Shown here piece after piece: positions 46,510-54,333 of a stretch of 54,333 bases of DNA. The DNA is taken from IMG/VR virus record IMGVR_UViG_3300038416_000116, positions 1 to 54,333 of that record; one strand, written 5' to 3'. The notes under the pieces were generated by a model that saw nothing but the letters and a program-made list of their open reading frames with translations, ran no database searches and was not told the origin of the DNA. Numbering within the stretch: the stretch's first letter is position 1; each line of letters begins with the position of its first letter. A program made the translations under genes and the position numbers. This DNA is from a virus. Lineage: Duplodnaviria; Caudoviricetes.

Positions 46510-46703
46510 ATCCTACTATCATTTGTCATGGATGTGATAAGTATTGGTGTGAGAAATGTAATCCCTCAAACAACCCTGAATGGAACGATCCTAAAGGACA
46601 TAAGTGTCTTGGGAAGAATTGGATGTGTCCTGCTGGAGGATTTGTCTGGCTGCATAAAACGCGGGGCGATGGCATCTCACATCTAGAGCGTTATGTCGAA
46701 TAA
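46458..46703 (+). CDS. LCC-family microprotein (FCC variant)
   Basis: SFCCRMNP...CHGC...CEKC. Confidence 0.55.
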   Translation: MLKRKIVQVLGSFCCRMNPTIICHGCDKYWCEKCNPSNNPEWNDPKGHKCLGKNWMCPAGGFVWLHKTRGDGISHLERYVE

Positions 46704-46863
46704 ACTTTGCTGTGTCTTAAATACCTATCTTAAATGTTCTACATGTGATTGGGTTCTTTGTATGGCTTGCAGATCAATAGAATCTGTAAATTGTTATGCG
46801 CTACACAGAAAACAACTTGGATGCAAAGGTCATACTATATTAGTTAACGTCTATGGAAAATAA
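46693..46863 (+). CDS. LCC-family microprotein (below cutoff)
   Basis: MSNKLCCVLNT...CSTC...CMAC. Confidence 0.6.
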   Translation: MSNKLCCVLNTYLKCSTCDWVLCMACRSIESVNCYALHRKQLGCKGHTILVNVYGK

Positions 46864-47020
46864 AGAGAACCTAGCCTGCTTAATTAAGGGTCACGAAGAG
46901 ATAGCAGGAACTTCAAATAACGTTACGTCGCGTTGTAAGTATTGCGGCAGAGAGATTGAGTGCAGAGCAATACATGGCGGCGGGGATAAGGATTGTATAT
47001 GGCAACTCTATGGCGAATGA
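46853..47020 (+). CDS. NLACL..GH-family microprotein (below cutoff)
   Basis: ENLACLIKGH...CKYC. Confidence 0.6.
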   Translation: MENKENLACLIKGHEEIAGTSNNVTSRCKYCGREIECRAIHGGGDKDCIWQLYGE

Positions 47021-47216
47021 GAACCTAGCGTGCCTGTTAAATGGACACAAACCCACAGGTGTAACCCTTAATACAAGGACGACTTGCTGCTACTGTCACG
47101 AGCCGCTTTACTATGTGGGTGATATATTTTGGGACGAGCAATACTGTTGGAAAACTAAAGAAGAGATGGACAAAACAAATGATAGACCAACCGGATTCGA
47201 TCCAGATTATCCATAA
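47010..47216 (+). CDS. NLACL..GH-family microprotein
   Basis: ENLACLLNGH...CCYC. Confidence 0.6.
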   Translation: MANENLACLLNGHKPTGVTLNTRTTCCYCHEPLYYVGDIFWDEQYCWKTKEEMDKTNDRPTGFDPDYP

Positions 47217-47490
47217 CGACTTATGTTGTGAGGTGTCGCCTTTCTTGTGCTGCTACGCGTGTGGTGCTAAGAAATGTGCAGATCATTACTACCGATTACA
47301 GGAACACTTAGCAGACACACACCTTAAGGTACTTCAAACCGATGATCACTACGTGACGCACTGCACGATCACAAATACTCTTTGCTGTCAAGTTACGCCG
47401 GGAAGACTAGACTTTGTTCAGAAGTGCACTCATGGAAAAAATCCAAATGGATCAACATCTGTCATATCGAAAGCTAGTAATGCCGGGTGA
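47179..47490 (+). CDS. LCC-family protein with two LCC motifs
   Basis: DLCCEVSP...CYAC...CADH...TLCCQVTP. Confidence 0.55.
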   Translation: MIDQPDSIQIIHNDLCCEVSPFLCCYACGAKKCADHYYRLQEHLADTHLKVLQTDDHYVTHCTITNTLCCQVTPGRLDFVQKCTHGKNPNGSTSVISKASNAG

Positions 47491-47833
47491 TCTCAATTCG
47501 GCTCATACCCTCTTTGGCGGCACAATAATGAAATGGGCCGACGAAGCTGTAAGCATTTACGTTATGTGCCAACTGGGTACTAAGAAGGTTGTTACATTAA
47601 AGGTCAGTGAGATCCTTTTTAAAGAACCTGTTCAAGAAGGAGACGTCCTCGAGTTCATGGCAAGCACTGTTAAGGTAGGCAACACATCTATTACAGTCAA
47701 GTTAGATGTGCAACGCAAGTCAATCGAAGACAAGACTATAGTAGCCCCAACTGTTCTGTCATGTGAGTTCGTCTTCGTTGCAGTCGACGATAAGGGTCGG
47801 CCCACGCAACATAAGCTTTCAAAACGAGTATAA
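47432..47833 (+). CDS. Acyl-CoA thioesterase (hot-dog fold, YciA-like)
   Basis: VMPGDLNSAHTLFGG..MKWADE...VVT...F..PV..GD...VGNTS...FVFVAVD..GRP. Confidence 0.85.
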   Translation: MEKIQMDQHLSYRKLVMPGDLNSAHTLFGGTIMKWADEAVSIYVMCQLGTKKVVTLKVSEILFKEPVQEGDVLEFMASTVKVGNTSITVKLDVQRKSIEDKTIVAPTVLSCEFVFVAVDDKGRPTQHKLSKRV

Positions 47834-47916
47834 TATGAATCACGCTGCTGAAGTTTGCTTGTTAGCAGGTATAGGGTGCTTAGTCTATGCTATTAGCCTG
47901 ATGAGGGAGAACTAGA

Positions 47917-48129
47917 ATGAGCGCTAAGCTTTGTTGTATCCTTAGCCCACGAGACTATTGCACATACTGCGAACAGCCTATGTGCGATGACTGTGGAAGA
48001 ATACGCGAACTTAAAAAGAAAGAGGCGTACAACTGGCATAAACTAGCTCCAGGATATAGTTCTTGTACCCCTCGAGATAGAAATTTTGTATTTGATGGAC
48101 ACTATTACGGCGGCAAGCCTGTAGTATGA
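47917..48129 (+). CDS. LCC-family microprotein
   Basis: KLCCILSP...CTYC...CDDC. Confidence 0.65.
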   Translation: MSAKLCCILSPRDYCTYCEQPMCDDCGRIRELKKKEAYNWHKLAPGYSSCTPRDRNFVFDGHYYGGKPVV

Positions 48130-48299
48130 GAAAGCGTTGCACTCGTCTTTGCTGTGTTGTTAACCCTTTAGTTATGTGTGTCCATTGTAAAGAAAAACTT
48201 TGTCAGACGTGCGTCTGGAATACGGAATGCTTTCACAAGCTAGCTGAGGTAGGTCAAGATGGAAAACCAAGACACGCCTTTAGGATCTTCGACAACTAA
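48126..48299 (+). CDS. LCC-family microprotein (below cutoff)
   Basis: RLCCVVNP...CVHC...CQTC. Confidence 0.55.
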   Translation: MRKRCTRLCCVVNPLVMCVHCKEKLCQTCVWNTECFHKLAEVGQDGKPRHAFRIFDN

Positions 48300-48525
48300 A
48301 CTTAAGTTGTGTTGCATCCTTAATGGTACAACGTATATGCCTGAGCTATGCAATTGCGGCTTCAGGGCTTGTGACGAGTGTATAGCGGTGGCGCAGAGAG
48401 CCGGCGATGGTTGGTACATTTCAAAATACTTTGATGGCCTAACAACTCTAGCAGATCTTCACTACGAGTATTCAAATAAGAAGTGCCCTAGATTTCACGT
48501 AGAGAAAAAATTAGATGGTGAATAA
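48259..48525 (+). CDS. LCC-family microprotein
   Basis: KLCCILNG...CNCGFRACDEC...ADLH. Confidence 0.65.
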   Translation: MENQDTPLGSSTTKLKLCCILNGTTYMPELCNCGFRACDECIAVAQRAGDGWYISKYFDGLTTLADLHYEYSNKKCPRFHVEKKLDGE

Positions 48526-48730
48526 TAAACTTTGTTGTCTTCTAAACCCTAGCTACAAATGTTATTTGTGCAACTGGTTAAGGTGCAAAGACTGTTGGGA
48601 TGGGCTCGAACAAGGCTCGCACTATACAATGAGGGTCGGGCAAGAAGTAGATCTTTACGATGTCAAATATTTTAAGCGTAGACATAAAAAGGAAGGACGT
48701 ATATGTTGTCTGGAAGGAAAAACTCTATGA
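48515..48730 (+). CDS. LCC-family microprotein
   Basis: KLCCLLNP...CYLC...CKDC. Confidence 0.65.
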   Translation: MVNNKLCCLLNPSYKCYLCNWLRCKDCWDGLEQGSHYTMRVGQEVDLYDVKYFKRRHKKEGRICCLEGKTL

Positions 48731-49043
48731 AAAAAATTCTGACGCTAGCTGCTTGGTGGGGCCTGTGCCCTTATCAATGGGGGCCTCTTCCTCCCTTCCA
48801 GGGAGATGCTCTCCACCAAGACTGTCCTACAGTTGCTGCAACAGAAGTAGAAGTAAATATTAGTACAGGAGGCGCATATGGCAAACATTATCTTGAACCT
48901 CTTATTCAAGACGCTCGTAGCTTGGACCGCATACCACATAACGCTTCACTTCGTTAAGAGTATGACTCCCGCTGAGATAGGCGCTGCAGCGATAGCGATA
49001 TACTTCTTCTGCGATTCTAAACTTACGTTCAAGTAGAGGCACT

Positions 49044-49331
49044 ATGGATTCAGTCGAAGAAAATATGGCGTGGATGCGTCTAGATTTAGAAAGAGGGCTG
49101 CTCGTAGAGACACACAATGAGCTCTGCTGTGAACTCAACCCTAGAATCTATTGCAAAGGTTGTGGTAAGAAATGGTGTGAAGAACATGATACACGCAGAT
49201 GGTCTGATGAGGACTTCGATCACCAGACTCTCGGAGGGAATTTTTATAAATGTCCTATAGCCGATAAGGTAAAGAATACCTACGATATGGGACCTCACCC
49301 AGCCATACTTATACCTCAGACACTAAAGTAG
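49044..49331 (+). CDS. LCC-family microprotein
   Basis: ELCCELNP...CKGC...CEEH. Confidence 0.65.
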   Translation: MDSVEENMAWMRLDLERGLLVETHNELCCELNPRIYCKGCGKKWCEEHDTRRWSDEDFDHQTLGGNFYKCPIADKVKNTYDMGPHPAILIPQTLK

Positions 49332-49376
49332 TTCTTACCTCGAATAAGCTCGTTACAATTGATGTATTAATCTAAG

Positions 49377-50678
49377 ATGCCGAAAGTATATCCGCCACCT
49401 AGATCTAATTGGAGACCAACATATATGGGCGAAACCTTAGTTAAGACGACTGATTTGACCGAAAAGAAAACATCTGCACGAAATATTCTGAAACCGGTCA
49501 ATGTGCCTGAAGACCTGCCCACAGACAGATTCCAAAGGCTTCTAGATGTAGCTGCTGGTAAGATGAAAAATGGAAGCTACACTTTGTGGACACATGATAC
49601 ACCTAACCTCGATTCGTTGGACGTTACGTTAGTCAACGAAGGGATGGCTCCTCACCCCGAGGATAGTGGTGAAGCTACTCCTTGGGCTGGACTTTACGAG
49701 CTCAAGCACGAAGGCGAAGTGTACTACTTGATAGGCATCTTTCAGCAAGGAGACTATAAGTTCAGAAAGTGTTACGGTATCGTTGGACCTACAAAAGATA
49801 AGGTCCTTGCTCTGTCTGAGTCTTTTCAAAAGGGGCAATCTACTTCTAAAAGGCTTCTTGCCCCTAAGTACATCTTCACTCCGCGCAATGGAAGGACTCC
49901 TCGCCCTTCATATGATTGGAATAAAGTAGTTCTTCCGGATGAGATCCGTAAGCAACTTCAAACTAACTTCTCTACATTCTTTAAGGGACCTGAAGCCTTC
50001 AACAAGGCAGGAGTTGCTTATCGAAGAGGTATCCTACTCACAGGAGCTCCAGGAACAGGTAAGACCTCGATATTGAAAGCAGTGATGTCTCAATATCCTA
50101 CCATCCCTTTCTTTGTCTTCGAGAAGACCTACGACGATGTTTATGTTGAGGACCTTCGTTCGATGTTCGCGGAAGCCGCCAGACTTCAACCAGCTGTCGT
50201 TGTTATTGAAGATATCGATCGCCTTGTGGATAGCAATAGCTTTCCGTTGGCAGATCTTTTGAATGTGCTTGACGGTCTTGGTACAGCTCAAGGTGTTATG
50301 GTTCTCGCAACGGCAAATAACGAAGGAGACATAGATCCTGCTCTCGTAGAGCGGCCTAGTCGTTTCGATCTTGTAGTCCGCGTTCCAATGCCTGACAAAG
50401 AGCATCGCAAGGCTTATATTGTCGAAAGGTCAACTTCGTTAGAGATCAAGCTTGCCGATCCGGAACTCGAAAAGCTTCTAGAGGCCACAGATAAGTATAC
50501 TATGGCCCAATGTCAAGAAATGTTCACTAACGCCGTCTTGACATCATTCGCAGAAGACACTCAGGTCTCCTATGAGCACCTCTTGATAGGTATCAAGAAT
50601 ATGGATAACTCCTTGAAGGCAGCCCGCAAGGTTGATTCCAAGAAGAAGACAGGCTTCAATCCCTTAGCAGAACTTTAA
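49377..50678 (+). CDS. AAA+ ATPase (classic AAA clade)
   Basis: RRGILLTGAPGTGKT, VVVIEDID, LLNVLDG, ATAN, DPAL.ERPSRFD. Confidence 0.85.
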   Translation: MPKVYPPPRSNWRPTYMGETLVKTTDLTEKKTSARNILKPVNVPEDLPTDRFQRLLDVAAGKMKNGSYTLWTHDTPNLDSLDVTLVNEGMAPHPEDSGEATPWAGLYELKHEGEVYYLIGIFQQGDYKFRKCYGIVGPTKDKVLALSESFQKGQSTSKRLLAPKYIFTPRNGRTPRPSYDWNKVVLPDEIRKQLQTNFSTFFKGPEAFNKAGVAYRRGILLTGAPGTGKTSILKAVMSQYPTIPFFVFEKTYDDVYVEDLRSMFAEAARLQPAVVVIEDIDRLVDSNSFPLADLLNVLDGLGTAQGVMVLATANNEGDIDPALVERPSRFDLVVRVPMPDKEHRKAYIVERSTSLEIKLADPELEKLLEATDKYTMAQCQEMFTNAVLTSFAEDTQVSYEHLLIGIKNMDNSLKAARKVDSKKKTGFNPLAEL

Positions 50679-50691
50679 GTCTGGAGGTCTT

Positions 50692-51195
50692 GTGGCTGCC
50701 GAGACTCGTGACAAAGACGGGCTCATCCTTATGGAGTATCCTTTTGAGACAGCTATTACTCTAGATAAGAAGTGCTGGGTAGATATCGCTCAGATGCTTC
50801 TTAAACAAGAGAATCTCAAAGGAATCAACATTGAGCTTCAACCAGGTAAATGGTATCAATCTAAAAGAAGTCGGGGTCCTTACCTAGGTAAACTGGTCGA
50901 CTTCGTGTTTGGTCCTGAGATTATATATCTTTATGGATCCCACGTAGCGTACTGGAAGTACAAGAAGAAGGTGCATGAAGTTATACATATCGCGGTTGAT
51001 AGAGAAGACAAAGATATTCTAAGTACTTTGCTTCACGAGATCGCTCATGCACATCACATAGGTGATGATCATGGTAAGAAGTGGGAAGCAGAGTATCTTC
51101 GTCTAATGGACGAATACTATGTTTCCAGTTCGGCAGGACAATTGTACGAGACGCTAGTAGATCTGTACGAACCATCTTATGCAAGTACAAAATAG
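50692..51195 (+). CDS. SprT-like zinc metalloprotease
   Basis: TLLHEIAH...DHGKKW. Confidence 0.7.
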   Translation: MAAETRDKDGLILMEYPFETAITLDKKCWVDIAQMLLKQENLKGINIELQPGKWYQSKRSRGPYLGKLVDFVFGPEIIYLYGSHVAYWKYKKKVHEVIHIAVDREDKDILSTLLHEIAHAHHIGDDHGKKWEAEYLRLMDEYYVSSSAGQLYETLVDLYEPSYASTK

Positions 51196-51457
51196 ACTCT
51201 GTTGCATAATTAATTCCTTTGGATACTGCTACTACTGCGATGAGCAATGGTGTCGACCTTGTTGGAACGTCGTAGTAAATGGTGGGAATGAATGGCTGGG
51301 AAGTAAATGTCCTGTGGCAAATTCTCTTAACAGAAGCATCTCTTATGGTAGGAGAGGAGGACATTGTGATTGGGCTACAGGAGTTGACATGCCTAGAGAT
51401 AATGTTAAGAAGTTCAACGCGGCCATAATTGATCTAAAGAAACTAATGGAACCATAG
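51179..51457 (+). CDS. LCC-family microprotein
   Basis: RLCCIINS...CYYC...CRPC...RGGH (similar to 41258). Confidence 0.65.
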   Translation: MQVQNRLCCIINSFGYCYYCDEQWCRPCWNVVVNGGNEWLGSKCPVANSLNRSISYGRRGGHCDWATGVDMPRDNVKKFNAAIIDLKKLMEP

Positions 51458-51756
51458 TGTCTAAAAATCTTAAACTATGTTGCCTCTTATCAAGACATCC
51501 CGTCGCAAGGTATGCCTTAGATAACTACGACATGAGACATTCTGATTGGTGTACGTGCGGATTTGGACTATGTGATACGTGCGCACAAGCTATATCAAAA
51601 GGTAGCAAACCTTCTAGGCTTTGGCCTAAAGATAACACATCTGGACACGTAGGAGGATACTTATCCTACGTCGACGAACACTACCTCTACAATCGAGAGT
51701 GTCCTTGGACCAAAGCATTCGTTAAACAAGAAGGCGAGCCTAACTTAAATGGATAA
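51457..51756 (+). CDS. LCC-family microprotein
   Basis: KLCCLLSR...CTCGFGLCDTC. Confidence 0.65.
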   Translation: MSKNLKLCCLLSRHPVARYALDNYDMRHSDWCTCGFGLCDTCAQAISKGSKPSRLWPKDNTSGHVGGYLSYVDEHYLYNRECPWTKAFVKQEGEPNLNG

Positions 51757-51970
51757 TAATCTTTGTTGCGTCTTAAATCCTAAGCTGAAGTGCTTCGATT
51801 GTAGAGCACAACTGTGTACTAATTGTAGTTGGGCAGGCAAGTTAAATACAAGAACGCATCTCAGAGTAGCAGGGATTTATGTTTTGTGTCGGAAGTGTTT
51901 AGATAAAGCAGAAGGATTTGAAGTAGACGAATTCATACTAGTCTCAACGTGGGAGGGAGATTTCCAATGA
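51749..51970 (+). CDS. LCC-family microprotein
   Basis: NLCCVLNP...CFDC...CTNC...CRKC. Confidence 0.65.
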   Translation: MDNNLCCVLNPKLKCFDCRAQLCTNCSWAGKLNTRTHLRVAGIYVLCRKCLDKAEGFEVDEFILVSTWEGDFQ

Positions 51971-52134
51971 TATTTTCATTTGCGGCATTCGCCGCATTGT
52001 GTGCCTTAATTGTTCCAGCGAGCTACATTAACTTCAAGCACCAAGTAAAGTTACACAGAGAGCCTATACGTGTTCTAAAAGAAGATCCGGCCTTAAAAGT
52101 GAAGGGAATTAATTTGCCTGGCTATAACCATTAG
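51967..52134 (+). CDS. Small membrane/exported protein
   Basis: Hydrophobic N-terminus, SD. Confidence 0.45.
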   Translation: MIFSFAAFAALCALIVPASYINFKHQVKLHREPIRVLKEDPALKVKGINLPGYNH

Positions 52135-52481
52135 GAGATAACATGAGTCCAACTTACTACGTGCTTAACTTTGTAGTGACCTTATTCGTAGGTGGAGCGA
52201 TCTGTAAGTACTTGTTTAAGATAGAGCCTAACGTAGGACTTGTGATAGGCTCTATTTTAGGAACCATATTCTCTATGTGGTTGTTAGGAATTAAATATTA
52301 GTAACCCGGCAGGGGACTAATGAGTTGTACAATGTCTCAGTCGTATCGGAGGAGCCAACCTCCTGAGATGCGAAAGCATCGGTAGTATCGTTGATTAGAT
52401 ACGGGCCCATAGATATACTAATAAAGGATCTCAAGGTAGTAATGATCTAGGGTACCTCCAAATCTTGCGGAGGACAATTTT

Positions 52482-52757
52482 ATGAACAAATTGTGTTGTG
52501 CCATCAATGGTACTTCCTCTTGCGCCACGTGTGCTAAGCCCTTATGTGAAAAGCATACGCTAGGAAGAGGCAGTCATTATGGATACAATCACAAGGTACA
52601 AAGGTGTCTACAGTGTCATAGAAAATTCGTTCAATTTCATCGAACAGGGAAAGCAGGTGTCTCCTTTAAAGCCTGGCTTTCCCAGATTTCAAGACGTCGA
52701 AAGAAGCAAGGCAAGGTAGCTATGCCTCGGCCTCAAAGAGAGTGGTTTAGTTTTTAA
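52482..52757 (+). CDS. LCC-family microprotein
   Basis: KLCCAING...CATC...CEKH...CLQC. Confidence 0.65.
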   Translation: MNKLCCAINGTSSCATCAKPLCEKHTLGRGSHYGYNHKVQRCLQCHRKFVQFHRTGKAGVSFKAWLSQISRRRKKQGKVAMPRPQREWFSF

Positions 52758-52837
52758 CTCCGATTAAGTAATGGTATGACAAAGTAGAGACAAATCATAC
52801 GGCGTAAGCGCTTCTGCTCTACCAGAGCGCTTACGCA

Positions 52838-53146
52838 ATGCGACTCGTTCCCTCCAACGAAGCCGCCGGAGTTTCTTTATTTATGAAACATATCACTGAG
52901 AACAAATTTACGGGCAACTCTTTATGTTGCCTTCTTAATCCATTAGCATCGTGCACTAAATGTAATTGGACAATTTGTACCAAATGTTGGGATGCATACT
53001 CTGAAGTAGCACCCCCTCCTTTAGATGATGCTTTTAGTTCTTGTAGCATTGATGCAGTGCATAACGCTTGCATGAAGAGAAAGTGCTACATGAAAAGAGA
53101 TTGCCATAGAGGGGAAGACTTCAAAAGAACGGATTATGAAGACTGA
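52838..53146 (+). CDS. LCC-family microprotein
   Basis: SLCCLLNP...CTKC...CTKC; start uncertain. Confidence 0.6.
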   Translation: MRLVPSNEAAGVSLFMKHITENKFTGNSLCCLLNPLASCTKCNWTICTKCWDAYSEVAPPPLDDAFSSCSIDAVHNACMKRKCYMKRDCHRGEDFKRTDYED

Positions 53147-53351
53147 ACATTTAGATACCAAACTCTGTTGTATCTTAGATCCGATTAGGGCGTGCGCTAA
53201 ATGCGATTGGGCAATTTGTTGGACGTGCTACTACGCAGCATCAAAAAAGTTAAGAACAACGAGTATATTTCCTATGCATGATAAAGTATCAAATCATGCG
53301 ATGGCGGAAGGAAGAGTTCCATTCGGAGATATTATAGTATATACTTTCTAA
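53136..53351 (+). CDS. LCC-family microprotein
   Basis: KLCCILDP...CAKC...CWTC. Confidence 0.65.
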   Translation: MKTEHLDTKLCCILDPIRACAKCDWAICWTCYYAASKKLRTTSIFPMHDKVSNHAMAEGRVPFGDIIVYTF

Positions 53352-53361
53352 GGAGATAATT

Positions 53362-53553
53362 ATGTCATGTAACGATGGCGGCGGATGCGGTAGCTGTGAA
53401 GACTGTCCGGAGAAGCAAGAAGCAAAGAAACAGATGGCTTTATGGAAGAGTATCTTTACAAAGGCGCTCCAGGCAGATGGTGGAGAAGGACGTCTCCTTT
53501 CTCCAGAAGAGGAAGCGCTAGTAAAGAAGACGCTTGAGGGCTTTCCAGAGTAA
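53362..53553 (+). CDS. Small protein with N-terminal Cys cluster
   Basis: MSCNDGGGCGSCEDCP; AAGGAG SD. Confidence 0.55.
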   Translation: MSCNDGGGCGSCEDCPEKQEAKKQMALWKSIFTKALQADGGEGRLLSPEEEALVKKTLEGFPE

Positions 53554-53729
53554 TTATGATACGACTACATCTGCATAGACTTAACTTGTGGACATCGGGG
53601 GTGGAGCTAGGGATATCCATCATGTCCCTAGTAGACAAGCGCTATAGCATGTCAGCAGTATGTTTCTTCGTATCTATAATTCTTTATTGCCTCTACCACA
53701 TAACAGACGAAAAATTGTACGGTTTCTAA

Positions 53730-54002
53730 ATGGCTAACCTTTGTTGTGTCCTAAGTCCAATCGTACACTGTAAGGCTTGTGGAATCAAATGGTGTGCTTC
53801 CTGTTGGACAGCAGCGTGCAAGCCTAGCAATACGTATGGAATATTCTTGAATAGAATCCATGACAAAGATATAGACTCGCACGCAAAGAGCCCTAGAGTA
53901 TGTAGTCTTACGAAGAGAATCGTTGGTGTCATAGAGAATCGCTATACTCCTTGGGAGACACGTGAAGGTAAAGTCGGACTAACCTTTGGGCCTATACCGT
54001 AA
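53730..54002 (+). CDS. LCC-family microprotein
   Basis: NLCCVLSP...CKAC...CASC. Confidence 0.65.
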   Translation: MANLCCVLSPIVHCKACGIKWCASCWTAACKPSNTYGIFLNRIHDKDIDSHAKSPRVCSLTKRIVGVIENRYTPWETREGKVGLTFGPIP

Positions 54003-54015
54003 GGAGAAAGAATCT

Positions 54016-54240
54016 ATGGGTAATTGGTACTTCATAGTAGGGCTTATGTTCGCTGGAGCTACGGGATATATTCTAGATAAAACTCTCCCTGAAGAGTTCC
54101 AAGTTCTCACTGTAGTATGCAGTTGGGGCATGATAGCTTTATGGGGCGTCGTATTAGGATTAGCTCTGCTAGCCTTACCAGTGGTCATCGGTGTCTACGT
54201 AGGCAAGCTTCTTTTCACCACATGGAAGGAGCTAACGTGA
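54016..54240 (+). CDS. Small multi-pass membrane protein
   Basis: Hydrophobic, AAGGAG SD. Confidence 0.55.
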   Translation: MGNWYFIVGLMFAGATGYILDKTLPEEFQVLTVVCSWGMIALWGVVLGLALLALPVVIGVYVGKLLFTTWKELT

Positions 54241-54333
54241 CTGAAAATTGTCTTCCATGTCTATTAAGACAAGGGCATTCATACTGTGTTCATTGTGAAG
54301 AACCTATATGCGACGTATGTGTAACTAAAATGG
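54237..54333 (+). CDS. CLxCL-variant microprotein (runs off window end)
   Basis: ENCLPCLLRQGH..CVHC...CDVC. Confidence 0.55.
   Translation, partial: MTENCLPCLLRQGHSYCVHCEEPICDVCVTKM

Noticed and set aside
52316-52380. Hammerhead ribozyme (CTAATGAG...GAAA)
   Set aside because: Core deviates from CUGAUGA and the stems do not form the required three-way junction
19372-54333. Stop-codon reassignment explaining the many short ORFs
   Set aside because: Long genes are intact in code 11, all three stops are used, and short ORFs change frame and each restarts with its own motif

Overview
A 54-kb fragment of a large, AT-rich tailed phage (Caudoviricetes), read in standard code 11. From 1 to 18.7 kb (minus strand) is a morphogenesis module: large terminase, portal, a 1007-aa prohead protease/scaffold fusion, a probable decoration protein, major capsid protein, tail-fibre-like genes and an NlpC/P60-like amidase. 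From 18.9 to 54.3 kb (plus strand) is a divergent accessory arm with a class II RNR, MoxR-AAA/vWA pair, HNH, AAA ATPase, thioesterase, SprT-like protease and tRNA-like genes. The arm is dominated by about 70 (hand count) short, overlapping Cys/His-rich ORFs that share an N-terminal motif and have unrelated C-termini: about 57 LCC[VIL]LNP-type, 8 NL[GA]CLxxGH-type and 4 CLxCL-type. One member is fused to an FGE-sulfatase/C-type-lectin domain ending in a GC-rich DGR-type variable region with a hairpin, and is bounded by 16-bp direct repeats; no TR or RT is in the window. An 8.64-kb, compositionally distinct block (26.5-35.2 kb) is bounded by a shared GGTCGGG-N5-TCCCTCCC motif, a G-tract and a palindromic repeat cluster, and may be a long terminal repeat/pre-early region. 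All calls come from reading motifs by eye; no database searches were run.
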